A stretch of DNA of 64,000 nt, from positions 4,914 through 68,913 of the forward strand of contig JAUXWT010000055.1 in assembly GCA_030681475.1 (NCBI GenBank), in the 5' to 3' direction. The stretch's first letter is position 1, and each line of letters opens with the position of its first letter. The translations under genes and the position numbers were made by a program. The stretch is from Bacteroidales bacterium. GTDB lineage: Bacteria; Bacteroidota; Bacteroidia; Bacteroidales; FEN-979. Below the pieces are notes generated by a model. That model ran no database searches. It was given only the letters and a program-made list of their open reading frames with translations, and was not told the DNA's origin. Below are positions 52,236 through 61,452 of the stretch, in pieces.

Positions 52236-55200
52236 CTATCCGGAGTGGTATCTGAATCCGGATGGAATAACAACAGTTACCTTTGTTCCTGTAGGTTCGT
52301 TTTGTTCATTGAACAGGTCGGTCACATCGTGAAGGATCTTCTGATCGTTGTACCTGTCGAAAAAATCATAAAAGTAGTTGAGGATCATCAACCCCTTCGC
52401 GGTTGACTTCTCTGGCATCTTCCCGGCTTGTTCCCTTCCGATTCCGTTGTCTTCCACTACGATATATAATTTATTTGCTTCTTCACGTAAAGTAATTGTG
52501 AGTTCACCAGTCCCTTCCCTTTTGTTAAGCAGACCATGTTTCAACGCATTCTCAGCGTATGTATGGATGACCATCTTGGGAACCTCCTGGTCCAGGTTTA
52601 CCGGCTGAATAATGTTGATGGTGAATTGAAACGAATCCCGGAACCGCAACTTTTCGATCTCAAGATAATTTTGCACGAAGACAAGTTCTTCGGCAAGGGT
52701 ACGCGTCACCTTATCACTTGAGGTCAGCACCTGCCTGATCAGGTTTGAAAATTTTACAAAGAAAGCGTATGCTTTTTCCTTTTCCTCCTTTAGGATCACT
52801 GACGCAATAGAGTTCATCGCATTAAAGGTAAAATGCGGATCGATCTGGTTTCGGATGGAGATCAGTTGCAACTCAGCCATCTTTTTCTCCGATTCAAGTT
52901 TAAGCTGTAAAAGCTTTTTCCTGCGATTCATGACCAGGTATCCTGACCAGAAAAAGAATGCTGCAAGAATGCACAAAAGAAAAGCTAAAAATAACCATGT
53001 TTGCCAGAATGCTGGAACGATTTGAATTGTAACTGAAGCTGTTTCAGACCATATACCTTCATCGCTGGCAGCCATCACCTTGAACTGATACTTGCCTGGT
53101 TTAAGATTGGTATAAACGGCAAACCGTTCGACGGTAGGTGCACACCAGCCATGTTCATGGCCATCCAACATATAACGATACCTGACATTTCTGGGCGAAC
53201 GGAAACAGAGTCCGGCAAAATCGAAGCGGAGATTTGATTGTTGATGGTTGAGTTCCAGATATCCGCTGTCAATATCCGTTGAAATTAAAGGAGTTTGCTG
53301 CATGGTGACACTGATCACACTGACCCCGGTAATATATATTTGCGGACCGCAGTTTGAGTACGGAATCCTGACCGGGTCCAGACTGACCAAGGTGTTTGTC
53401 GTAGCAAACCACAAAAGCCCCCTGCCGTCCATGGTCACCGCATTCTGCTGGCACTCCTGCCCAAGGAATCCGTTATCGCGGTCGAAATAGCGAATCACTG
53501 CTGTGTCTTTATCATAAAAACGGTCCAGGTCCATCAACCCGATACCTCTCAGTCCGCCAATGAACAATGTCGAAGTATCTATTAAACATAAACTTACAAC
53601 AAGATCGTTGAACCATGGATTATCAACTTTTTTAAATTGCTTGTTATCAAATAGATAAAGGCCGTCGGTGTTGCCGATCCACACGTTATCGCGTCCATCG
53701 CGCACCATGGCATTTGCTCCCTGGTCGTAAGGCAAGTCTGCAGTGGGCAGGTGCATGACTTTTTCTCCCTCCAGAAAGCTGACACCCCGGAATCCGCCAA
53801 GGATCAGCCTCCCCCTGCCATCTTTTTCAATCGAAACGATCTTATTGGTCTTGTTTCCCGGAGAGGTTGTCAGCAAGCTGAATGCAGATCCTTCAGGTTT
53901 AATGAGCAAACCATAGTCAACACCATAATATTGAGTATGATTCTGTTGATCCTCGAAAAAATAGAGCGAAGTTGTTTTTGGAACATCAGTCGGAAAATAC
54001 AACCTGGCACCGTCCCATAAAACGGTGCAATATGGATTGACACAAAAATGGACAATGCCCTTGTGATCTCTTCTGCCACCCGGATATATATAGGTACGTG
54101 AATGTTGATCTGAGATCTTCGGGAAAGGGTACCTAATGAATTTACCATCTTTTAGTACCTGGATTCCCTGACCACTGCCACCGGTGACGATATTGCCAAG
54201 CATATCCTCCGCAACACTCTGGTTGTCGGGAAAAAGTCCCTCTTGATCAGTGTAGTTCGAAAAACATAATGGTAACGTTCTTATCAGGCCCAAAGCAGAA
54301 CCTAGCCATAGGTTGTCCTCCCTGTCTCGCAAAACAGCTGCAGTAATGGGAATGTCATACGGGTATGTCGTATGACGCTTATTCTCGTAAATCGTAACGC
54401 TTTGCTTCGAATTATCCAAAGTCAGAAAATTATCCTGATCTGTAATATAAAACACACAGTTTGATATTTTTTGCTCCCCGCCGAAGTCATGAACTAATGT
54501 TAAAAGGGTATCGGCAATCCTAAAAAGTCTGACCTGCTGGGGAATTTTGGTTGAATGTTCATGTTGGTACATGATTCTCCCGTTTTCGGTAATAGTGTGG
54601 TTCAACCTTTCCGGAGTTAGAATATACAAATGACCATCCTTTCCTGTTGTCATGACGCTAAAAGCGGTGCCTGGCAACTCCACAAGCCTGTCACCCCTTA
54701 GGCAACAAAGGTTCCCTGAACTGCCCTGAAAATAAATATTCCGACTGGCCGGAGCATATACAAAACTCCCCCATAACCCCGGTAAAAATTTATCTCTCAG
54801 GATATCAAGATATGAATGATCGATCTTACGCAATCCACCACGATCAGCTTCAAATAGCATCGTGGTTGAATCATTTTTTACTACGATCTCTCCCTTCCCA
54901 TCCTTGATCCAGAAACCCACGAGGTTATCCGGTATTTTACCTGAGGTGACTCTTTTGTTTAATTTCAGGTACTCATACAAAACGTAACCCCTGTTAGTCA
55001 CAATCAGCACAGCGCTGTCGTCAAGATTATCAATAAAACGCACCTGTGACCTGGCAACCTGGCCGGAATCTGTGATGGTTTGAAAAGCATGACCATCAAA
55101 ACGGCTGATCCCGTTTTTGGTGCCGATCCATAAAAATCCCTTTTTATCCTGATGGATGACCATGACCTCCGATTGTGCCAGGCCATCGGAAACAGTGTAC

Positions 55201-55286
55201 AACCTGTATCCCGGATGCTGAGCATTAAGGCAGGTAGAAATTAGCAGGAAAAGAAAAAGAAGTTGGGGCCAGAAAGGAGATCTCAT
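52236..55286 (-). CDS. Sensor histidine kinase: periplasmic two-component-regulator propeller repeats + Y_Y_Y domain + TM + LytS-type kinase core
   Basis: Signal peptide. Repeated ...D..G.lWiGT..Gl... propeller motifs. VRYRYMLDGHEHGW...KPGKYQFKVMA (Y_Y_Y). QIDPHFTFNAMNSIASVI (His_kinase/LytS H-box). GTGELTITL...VEDNGIG (HATPase). Confidence 0.8.
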   Translation of the reverse strand: MRSPFWPQLLFLFLLISTCLNAQHPGYRLYTVSDGLAQSEVMVIHQDKKGFLWIGTKNGISRFDGHAFQTITDSGQVARSQVRFIDNLDDSAVLIVTNRGYVLYEYLKLNKRVTSGKIPDNLVGFWIKDGKGEIVVKNDSTTMLFEADRGGLRKIDHSYLDILRDKFLPGLWGSFVYAPASRNIYFQGSSGNLCCLRGDRLVELPGTAFSVMTTGKDGHLYILTPERLNHTITENGRIMYQHEHSTKIPQQVRLFRIADTLLTLVHDFGGEQKISNCVFYITDQDNFLTLDNSKQSVTIYENKRHTTYPYDIPITAAVLRDREDNLWLGSALGLIRTLPLCFSNYTDQEGLFPDNQSVAEDMLGNIVTGGSGQGIQVLKDGKFIRYPFPKISDQHSRTYIYPGGRRDHKGIVHFCVNPYCTVLWDGARLYFPTDVPKTTSLYFFEDQQNHTQYYGVDYGLLIKPEGSAFSLLTTSPGNKTNKIVSIEKDGRGRLILGGFRGVSFLEGEKVMHLPTADLPYDQGANAMVRDGRDNVWIGNTDGLYLFDNKQFKKVDNPWFNDLVVSLCLIDTSTLFIGGLRGIGLMDLDRFYDKDTAVIRYFDRDNGFLGQECQQNAVTMDGRGLLWFATTNTLVSLDPVRIPYSNCGPQIYITGVSVISVTMQQTPLISTDIDSGYLELNHQQSNLRFDFAGLCFRSPRNVRYRYMLDGHEHGWCAPTVERFAVYTNLKPGKYQFKVMAASDEGIWSETASVTIQIVPAFWQTWLFLAFLLCILAAFFFWSGYLVMNRRKKLLQLKLESEKKMAELQLISIRNQIDPHFTFNAMNSIASVILKEEKEKAYAFFVKFSNLIRQVLTSSDKVTRTLAEELVFVQNYLEIEKLRFRDSFQFTINIIQPVNLDQEVPKMVIHTYAENALKHGLLNKREGTGELTITLREEANKLYIVVEDNGIGREQAGKMPEKSTAKGLMILNYFYDFFDRYNDQKILHDVTDLFNEQNEPTGTKVTVVIPSGFRYHSG

Positions 55287-55296
55287 AGGTACCGGG

Positions 55297-56436
55297 TCAG
55301 TTACTATTTTCTGTCAATGAACTTGCATCCCCTGAGGACTGACCGTCCTTCAGCCACAAAATAAACAGATTATATCCCAGTGATAGCACCACCGCCCCAA
55401 CAAAAAGCCCGATGGTGCCATAGCTGATAAACCCGCCAATGGCCCCGAGAAAGATCACCATCATGGGCACAGGAGCGCCCCGTCCAAGTAAAATTGGCTT
55501 TAACAGGTTCTCCATCAACAGCAGCGGAACGCACCAAACAGTCAGGAGAATGGCGGTTAGCGTGCTTAACTTCAGAAATGAATAGATCAAAACGCCGATC
55601 ACTACCGGACTTATGCCGATCTGAACAATGGCCAGTACAAAACTGAACAACGCCCATAGTCCTGCTCCCGGGATGCCGGCAACGAGGAAACCGATGCCGG
55701 CCAGAAAAGCTTGGATAAAGGCGACGCCCAAAATACCACGGGCCACGTTGCGAACCGTTACTTCGGCATTGGAAACAGTTTCGACCCCTCTGGCTCCCAT
55801 CAACCGCACTGCGATCCTCCTTGATGTGCCCGCACCGGATTCTGCATAAACTAAAAATACTCCGGAGATGATGATGGATACGATGAACAGCAGCACACCC
55901 AGCCCGGCATTCGTCAATGCTGAAATGAACCAGGTGATCCCGGTCATCATTTGGGGTTCAAACTTCCTGGCTACGTCGGTAAGGTTTTCAGACGCAATTT
56001 GCCAGAAACCGTAAAACTGTACACCTATAACAGGCCAATCTTTAACAGTCTCCGGCGGCGGTGGAATCAGATTGGCGCCATTAGTCAGCGATTCCTTTAC
56101 ATAATTAACCGCCTCTGCAAGCGAACCGCCCAACAAAATGATCGGCAGGATGATCAGTACCAAAAGAAACAAGGTGACGATGATTGCAGCGAGTTTCGTC
56201 CGGTTGCCCAGCCTGATTTTCAGTCTCCTGAAAAAAGGATATGCAGCGACTGCGAGAATGATCGCCCACAACAAAAGCATCAGAAACGGTTTCATGATCA
56301 TGAAACACCAGACAATCAGACCCAGTAACAGGCCTATCTTGATTGTAACCTCGAGACTTTTTCCAAAAAAATCGTTTCCGCCTGAACTGGTTTTAGGCTC
56401 GTCCATGCTTGCTGAAATTTTTGCTAAATGTAGCAT
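55297..56436 (-). CDS. AI-2E (PerM/UPF0118) family transporter
   Basis: ~8 TM helices with typical layout (FLMLLLWAIILAVAAYPFFRRL..., ...GAIGGFISYGTIGLFVGAVVL). Confidence 0.75.
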   Translation of the reverse strand: MLHLAKISASMDEPKTSSGGNDFFGKSLEVTIKIGLLLGLIVWCFMIMKPFLMLLLWAIILAVAAYPFFRRLKIRLGNRTKLAAIIVTLFLLVLIILPIILLGGSLAEAVNYVKESLTNGANLIPPPPETVKDWPVIGVQFYGFWQIASENLTDVARKFEPQMMTGITWFISALTNAGLGVLLFIVSIIISGVFLVYAESGAGTSRRIAVRLMGARGVETVSNAEVTVRNVARGILGVAFIQAFLAGIGFLVAGIPGAGLWALFSFVLAIVQIGISPVVIGVLIYSFLKLSTLTAILLTVWCVPLLLMENLLKPILLGRGAPVPMMVIFLGAIGGFISYGTIGLFVGAVVLSLGYNLFILWLKDGQSSGDASSLTENSN

Positions 56437-56598
56437 ATTTCTTTGAAAAAACAGACCCCTGTTTTCAGCAATTGGTCTTTATGGCTTCCCGCAATTGTTT
56501 GTAAAATAAAAGCAGTGTATTTTTACCGGTATCGGATTCATCTATTTCCGGATTAGATCCCAACATAATACCGATGAGAAAAATAAACGTAAAAACAC

Positions 56599-58860
56599 AT
56601 GGTCATGAAAAAAATAAAACTCTTCTTGTTAATCTTTATATCGATAATTTGGGGAAGTATTTCGGGATTTTCTCAGAAATCCTATGAAATGGAACTCCTC
56701 AACCTTGTTCAACACAATGAAACTGAATACAGATTCGATGTCAGGATGCGGAATACTTCGGCCAACCCCTCCTCCACCGGTGCATTTGCCATTGAAGGAA
56801 TCCAGTGGCAGTTATTGTACAATACAGCGCGGTTGAATGGAGGTGCGCTGAACAATAATTACCTGACCTATGTTTCCAATACCACAGATCTGACAGGGAC
56901 TGCAATTGTACCAGAGTCATCCAGGTTTACCACCGATCAAACTATCATGCAGTGGCTTACTGCCGCCTTGGATATAGATGGGAAAACGACCCTGTTTAAT
57001 GATGGTACCTGGAAAAGGATCGGTACCTTTAAAGTGATCCTCCGGGATGTAAGTACGAACCCTGGATCGGTAGCAAAAAACTGGAGCGATGGCTTGCTGG
57101 ATCTTGTATTTAACGGATCTGCCAATATGATCGTCACGGAATGTAATTATTATGAGGAAAATGGCTCCTTTTATAGAGCAGATGCCGGTTTTACTGTTAT
57201 TGCAGGGCAAACTTTAACCAATTCGACGGTTAATAAACAACTGTTCAGCAGATGTTTTACCGGAACCGGAAATTTCAATACCTCAGTCAACTGGAACAAC
57301 GCGGTGGCTCCAACCGATGCCACTTACCATGTCGTTCCATCCTCCGGCGGAAATAACATATCCATTGGCGGGTACAACACAGGCGGAACTATTTCGCCCG
57401 GTATCTGTACCCTGACGGACCACAATATCATTAATGATCTGACAATAAAAAGCACATCAACACTGACGATAGATCCCGCGAAACAACTTACTGTCAACGG
57501 TACGTTATACATAGACAACAGTGCATTCACCGCCCTGACTTTAAGATCAACTGCCGCGGGAACAGGATCGCTTATTCACAGCACAGAAGGCATCAACGGG
57601 ACAGTAGAAAGATATATTGCAGGCTGGACGGGTAGCCCCAATCCCGAAAACCATGGATGGCACTTTCTCGGATCTCCCGTAGCCGCACAGCCCATCAGCG
57701 TTTTTCATACGGCAGGTTCAGGAAACGATTTTTACAAATGGGTTGAAACCAATCCCAACCAGGAGAAATGGGTCAACCGGACTGCAATTGGCGGCGGACT
57801 AAATGGTGGTTTTGAGACCAATTTTGCATTAGGTACAACCGGCTATCTCATTGCCAATTCGACCACAACGACGCTCCCTTTCACGGGTAATCTGAATGTT
57901 TCCGATATTCAGGTTACCGGATTAACCAACAGCGCCGGATCATCTTACGGCGGCTGGCACTTGTTGGCAAATCCGTTTTCAAGCGCCGTTAAATTCAATC
58001 AGGGATCATGGAATAAGACAAATATCGCAACTTATGCACAAATATGGGTAGAAAGTTCAGCGAGCTATAAAGTAATGGCAGGAAACCAGATAATACCGGC
58101 AACTAACGGATTTATGGTCTATACCGACGGCAACGGCTCTTTGACTATCCCGGCAAACTCACGGGTTCACAGTGATTCAACCTGGTACAAGGAAGAAACA
58201 TCAGACGAAAGGATTTTACTGCTGGCCAGGGATTCCGGGGGTAAAACTTCCCAGGAAACCATCGTTGCCTTTAACAGTGATGCCACCGAACATTTCGACA
58301 TGCTTTACGACAGTTACTTTATGGCCGGCTTTGCTCCATCCTTTTATTCTTTCAACAACTCCGGATATTTTGCGCTCAACACATTGCCGGAACTTCGGTC
58401 GGACCTTGTGATCCCTCTTGGTTTTGTTAAAAATAATGCAGCTAATTTTTCCATACAACTCATTGAGACCATTCCCGGACTGACGATCTATCTGAAAGAT
58501 TTGAAAATAAATCAGGATCATGATCTCACAAAAAATCAGGCATATCAATTTATCTCAGCCGATGGTGATGATGCATACAGATTCCAGCTTCATTTTGCAA
58601 CCGTCGGGATCAATAAAACATCACCAGATAAAGGGGCTGGCATCTTCGCGTTAAATAAAACCATTTACATTAAAAGCAAAACCAGCCAGGGACTTACCGG
58701 TAATGTGATGGTTTACAATATGATCGGCCAGGTAATGGTCAACCAGTCCCTCAGCGATGAACCGGTAACAACGATCAGTACGAACAGCGGGACAGGTTAT
58801 TACCTAGTCAGGGTGATCACCGCCGGTCAGACTGTTACAGCTAAGATTTTTTTGAAATAG
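56599..58860 (+). CDS. Large secreted hypothetical protein with T9SS type-A C-terminal sorting domain
   Basis: Signal peptide MVMKKIKLFLLIFISIIWGSISGFSQ. C-terminal ...VMVYNMIGQVMV...GYYLVRVITAGQTVTAKIFLK. Confidence 0.6.
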   Translation: MVMKKIKLFLLIFISIIWGSISGFSQKSYEMELLNLVQHNETEYRFDVRMRNTSANPSSTGAFAIEGIQWQLLYNTARLNGGALNNNYLTYVSNTTDLTGTAIVPESSRFTTDQTIMQWLTAALDIDGKTTLFNDGTWKRIGTFKVILRDVSTNPGSVAKNWSDGLLDLVFNGSANMIVTECNYYEENGSFYRADAGFTVIAGQTLTNSTVNKQLFSRCFTGTGNFNTSVNWNNAVAPTDATYHVVPSSGGNNISIGGYNTGGTISPGICTLTDHNIINDLTIKSTSTLTIDPAKQLTVNGTLYIDNSAFTALTLRSTAAGTGSLIHSTEGINGTVERYIAGWTGSPNPENHGWHFLGSPVAAQPISVFHTAGSGNDFYKWVETNPNQEKWVNRTAIGGGLNGGFETNFALGTTGYLIANSTTTTLPFTGNLNVSDIQVTGLTNSAGSSYGGWHLLANPFSSAVKFNQGSWNKTNIATYAQIWVESSASYKVMAGNQIIPATNGFMVYTDGNGSLTIPANSRVHSDSTWYKEETSDERILLLARDSGGKTSQETIVAFNSDATEHFDMLYDSYFMAGFAPSFYSFNNSGYFALNTLPELRSDLVIPLGFVKNNAANFSIQLIETIPGLTIYLKDLKINQDHDLTKNQAYQFISADGDDAYRFQLHFATVGINKTSPDKGAGIFALNKTIYIKSKTSQGLTGNVMVYNMIGQVMVNQSLSDEPVTTISTNSGTGYYLVRVITAGQTVTAKIFLK

Positions 58861-58927
58861 TCCGCAGAAAAACATCGCCTTGACTAATCATAACCCATTG
58901 GTTCCTGATTTACAAAAAAACTACTGT

Positions 58928-60433
58928 ATGATCTTTATAATGAACAAAGTAGCGCAGTTATCGGCATTCTGTTTATTCATTTCCCCGCTATTCACAGAAC
59001 CTGCTTTTGGGACTGTCAAATATCAGTCCAATCCGAATACAAATACCGTGCTGACCATACATGAGGATGGAAACACCATAGCTCGGGGCAATAGCGCCAC
59101 CGGTGGCTTGCTGACTAATTATGGGACTGTTGATCTCAAGCATAACATTGACAATCAGACAGGTACTTTCTCCGACCTTGGAGCCGGTGACTTTATATTT
59201 TCTGGAACAACTTCACAAACGATCTCCGGACCGGTTACATTTCAGAATCTGACGCTGAATAATCCTGACGGAGTTACAACCGTTTCAGACATTCAGGTAA
59301 ATGGAGTCTTCACGCTGACCAACGGACGGCTAACCCTGGGCGGCAGCAACCTCCTGCTTGGCAACGCTGCTTCAATTGCCGGTACTCCTTCGGCTTCAGC
59401 CATGGTAGTGGCCACGGGAACCGGAGAGCTGAGGAGGTCTTTTCCTGTTTCTCCGTCATTCCCGTTTGCATTTACTTTTCCGGTAGGTGATGTTGACGGA
59501 ACGGCCGAATATTCGCCGGTTACGGTTAATTTTACTTCAGGAACCTTCGGAAGCGGAAATTATCTGGGTGTCAGTCTGAAAAACGAGGCCGATCCATTTC
59601 CCGGAATCGCTACAGGAAACTACCTGAACCGTTATTGGATATTAAACAGCGACGGGATCACCGGCTCTATTTCCTGCGACCTGACCTTTAAATTCACTGA
59701 TGCGGATGTTTCCGGGGTGAAATCGAACCTGTATTGCATAAAAACATCGCCGGCACTTTTTGAATATGACAATTATCTCAGCAATAACGTGCTCAATGGG
59801 ACAGTGAGCACGTTCAGCCGATTCACAGGGGCGGATCAACTGGTTAAAACTAACCTTAAACTCTTCCTTGAAGGATTGTACAACCCGGCTACGGGTCAGA
59901 TGAATAAGGCTCAGGATTTTGACGGTGGAGGTTATTTCGACAAATACGAAGGTACCATTGCCGATGTTATAAACGTTGAATTACATGACGGGTTGAATTT
60001 TCAGACTATTGCTTACAGCTTTCCCGACCTGGAATTGCAACAGAATGGAACATTGACGTTCAATTTGCCGAAATCATACATGGGCTCCTATTATACCGTG
60101 CTGAAACACCGGAATCATATTGAAACAGTCAGCATGAGCCCGGTCTCTTATAATCCCGGCATGGTATCCTACGATTTCTCCACCGCAGCAGGACAGGCAT
60201 TTGGCAACAACCAGAAGCAAGTGTCAACAGGGATCTGGGGGTTTTTCACAGGGGATGTAAATCAGGATGGGATTGTGAACCTCATCGACCTTTCGTCAGA
60301 AAATTCAGCGGTACTGAACCTGGAAAAAGGTTACCTTTCCACCGATCTGAACGGTGACGGTATTGTTAACCTCATAGACCTGTCCACTGTCAATTCAGCA
60401 ACGTTGAACCTTGTCACCCGGAAGACTCCCTGA
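58928..60433 (+). CDS. Secreted hypothetical protein ending in two dockerin-like Ca-binding repeats
   Basis: ATG at 58928 gives a hydrophobic leader (MIFIMNKVAQLSAFCLFISPLF). C-terminal GDVNQDGIVNLIDLSS...TDLNGDGIVNLIDLST. Confidence 0.55.
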   Translation: MIFIMNKVAQLSAFCLFISPLFTEPAFGTVKYQSNPNTNTVLTIHEDGNTIARGNSATGGLLTNYGTVDLKHNIDNQTGTFSDLGAGDFIFSGTTSQTISGPVTFQNLTLNNPDGVTTVSDIQVNGVFTLTNGRLTLGGSNLLLGNAASIAGTPSASAMVVATGTGELRRSFPVSPSFPFAFTFPVGDVDGTAEYSPVTVNFTSGTFGSGNYLGVSLKNEADPFPGIATGNYLNRYWILNSDGITGSISCDLTFKFTDADVSGVKSNLYCIKTSPALFEYDNYLSNNVLNGTVSTFSRFTGADQLVKTNLKLFLEGLYNPATGQMNKAQDFDGGGYFDKYEGTIADVINVELHDGLNFQTIAYSFPDLELQQNGTLTFNLPKSYMGSYYTVLKHRNHIETVSMSPVSYNPGMVSYDFSTAAGQAFGNNQKQVSTGIWGFFTGDVNQDGIVNLIDLSSENSAVLNLEKGYLSTDLNGDGIVNLIDLSTVNSATLNLVTRKTP

Positions 60434-60518
60434 TTGCCTCAACGCTGTTCCTGGTCAATAGATTTTTCCTTGGATCTGAAATTCCGGATTGATCATTGCC
60501 GGTAAAATAAAATTGTGT

Positions 60519-60526
60519 TATCTTTG
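60519..60526 (+). promoter_or_regulatory. Candidate -7 promoter box (TATCTTTG)
   Basis: Matches TAnnTTTG, 28 nt upstream of the ATG at 60555. Confidence 0.35.
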
Positions 60527-60554
60527 TTTTACAACTCCGTATTGATCTTTCACC

Positions 60555-60824
60555 ATGAACAGTCCTGAGATAAAAGCGTTTATCCGTGAAAATAAAAACC
60601 TCTTCTGGTACACTCCTGAAGATAAAAAAGAGGATATCAGCCTGGAATTTCTGGTTGAAACCATTTTGAATTACGGGGATCTGAAAAACATCAAAACACT
60701 GATAAGTATTCTCGGCATGGAGGAAATATCCCGGATTTTCTTTGGCGCCGATGGAAGAAAGAGATTAAACTACTATCCTGAAATCCATAACTATTTTTCA
60801 ATATTTTTTTCAAGGTATGCATAA
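60555..60824 (+). CDS. Small (89 aa) protein, upstream partner of second AbiEii-like nucleotidyltransferase
   Basis: Overlaps the downstream gene by 8 nt. NLFWYTPEDKKEDISLEFLVETILNYGDLKNIKTL aligns with the 41235..41468 protein. Confidence 0.5.
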   Translation: MNSPEIKAFIRENKNLFWYTPEDKKEDISLEFLVETILNYGDLKNIKTLISILGMEEISRIFFGADGRKRLNYYPEIHNYFSIFFSRYA

Positions 60825-61440
60825 AGAAATTTTGTCAGAAAACCAGGTGGAGCTTTTACCACTGGTTAAACAATTTATCCGGGAGTATTACCTTGTGGGT
60901 GGAACGGCAATTGCATTGCATATCGGACACCGCAGATCAATTGACTTTGATCTGTTTAAGTTTAACCCCATTAAACCTAAAACCATTGTATCTAAAATTT
61001 CAGCATTTAACTTTCCATACACAATAACAAGAAGAGTTACAGAACAAGTGAATCTAACAATTCATGATGTGAAGTTCACCTATTTTCAGTACCCTTTTGA
61101 GATTGATGCAAAAAGCAGATTTGAGAAATATTTCCGATTGCCCGAACTCCTTGATTTGGCTGCAATGAAAGCATACGCACTTGGTCGCAGATCAAAGTGG
61201 AAAGATTACGTTGATCTCTTTTTTATTTTGAAACATCATTATTCAGTGAAACAAATATCCGATAAAGCCGATGAAATTTACCAGGAACTCTTTTCAGAAA
61301 AACTGTTCAGGGCGCAACTTGCCTATTTTGTTGATATAGATCACTCCGAACCCATTGAATACATCGTCCCACCCGTTCCTGAGGATGAAATTAAAGAATA
61401 CCTGATCGATGTCGCCACCGATATCGATTTGTTCGACTAA
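60817..61440 (+). CDS. AbiEii/AbiGii-like nucleotidyltransferase (second copy)
   Basis: YLVGGTAIALHIGHRRSIDFDLFKF matches the same NTase motif as 41465..42130. Confidence 0.7.
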   Translation: MHKEILSENQVELLPLVKQFIREYYLVGGTAIALHIGHRRSIDFDLFKFNPIKPKTIVSKISAFNFPYTITRRVTEQVNLTIHDVKFTYFQYPFEIDAKSRFEKYFRLPELLDLAAMKAYALGRRSKWKDYVDLFFILKHHYSVKQISDKADEIYQELFSEKLFRAQLAYFVDIDHSEPIEYIVPPVPEDEIKEYLIDVATDIDLFD

Positions 61441-61452
61441 ACATTCCGCACC

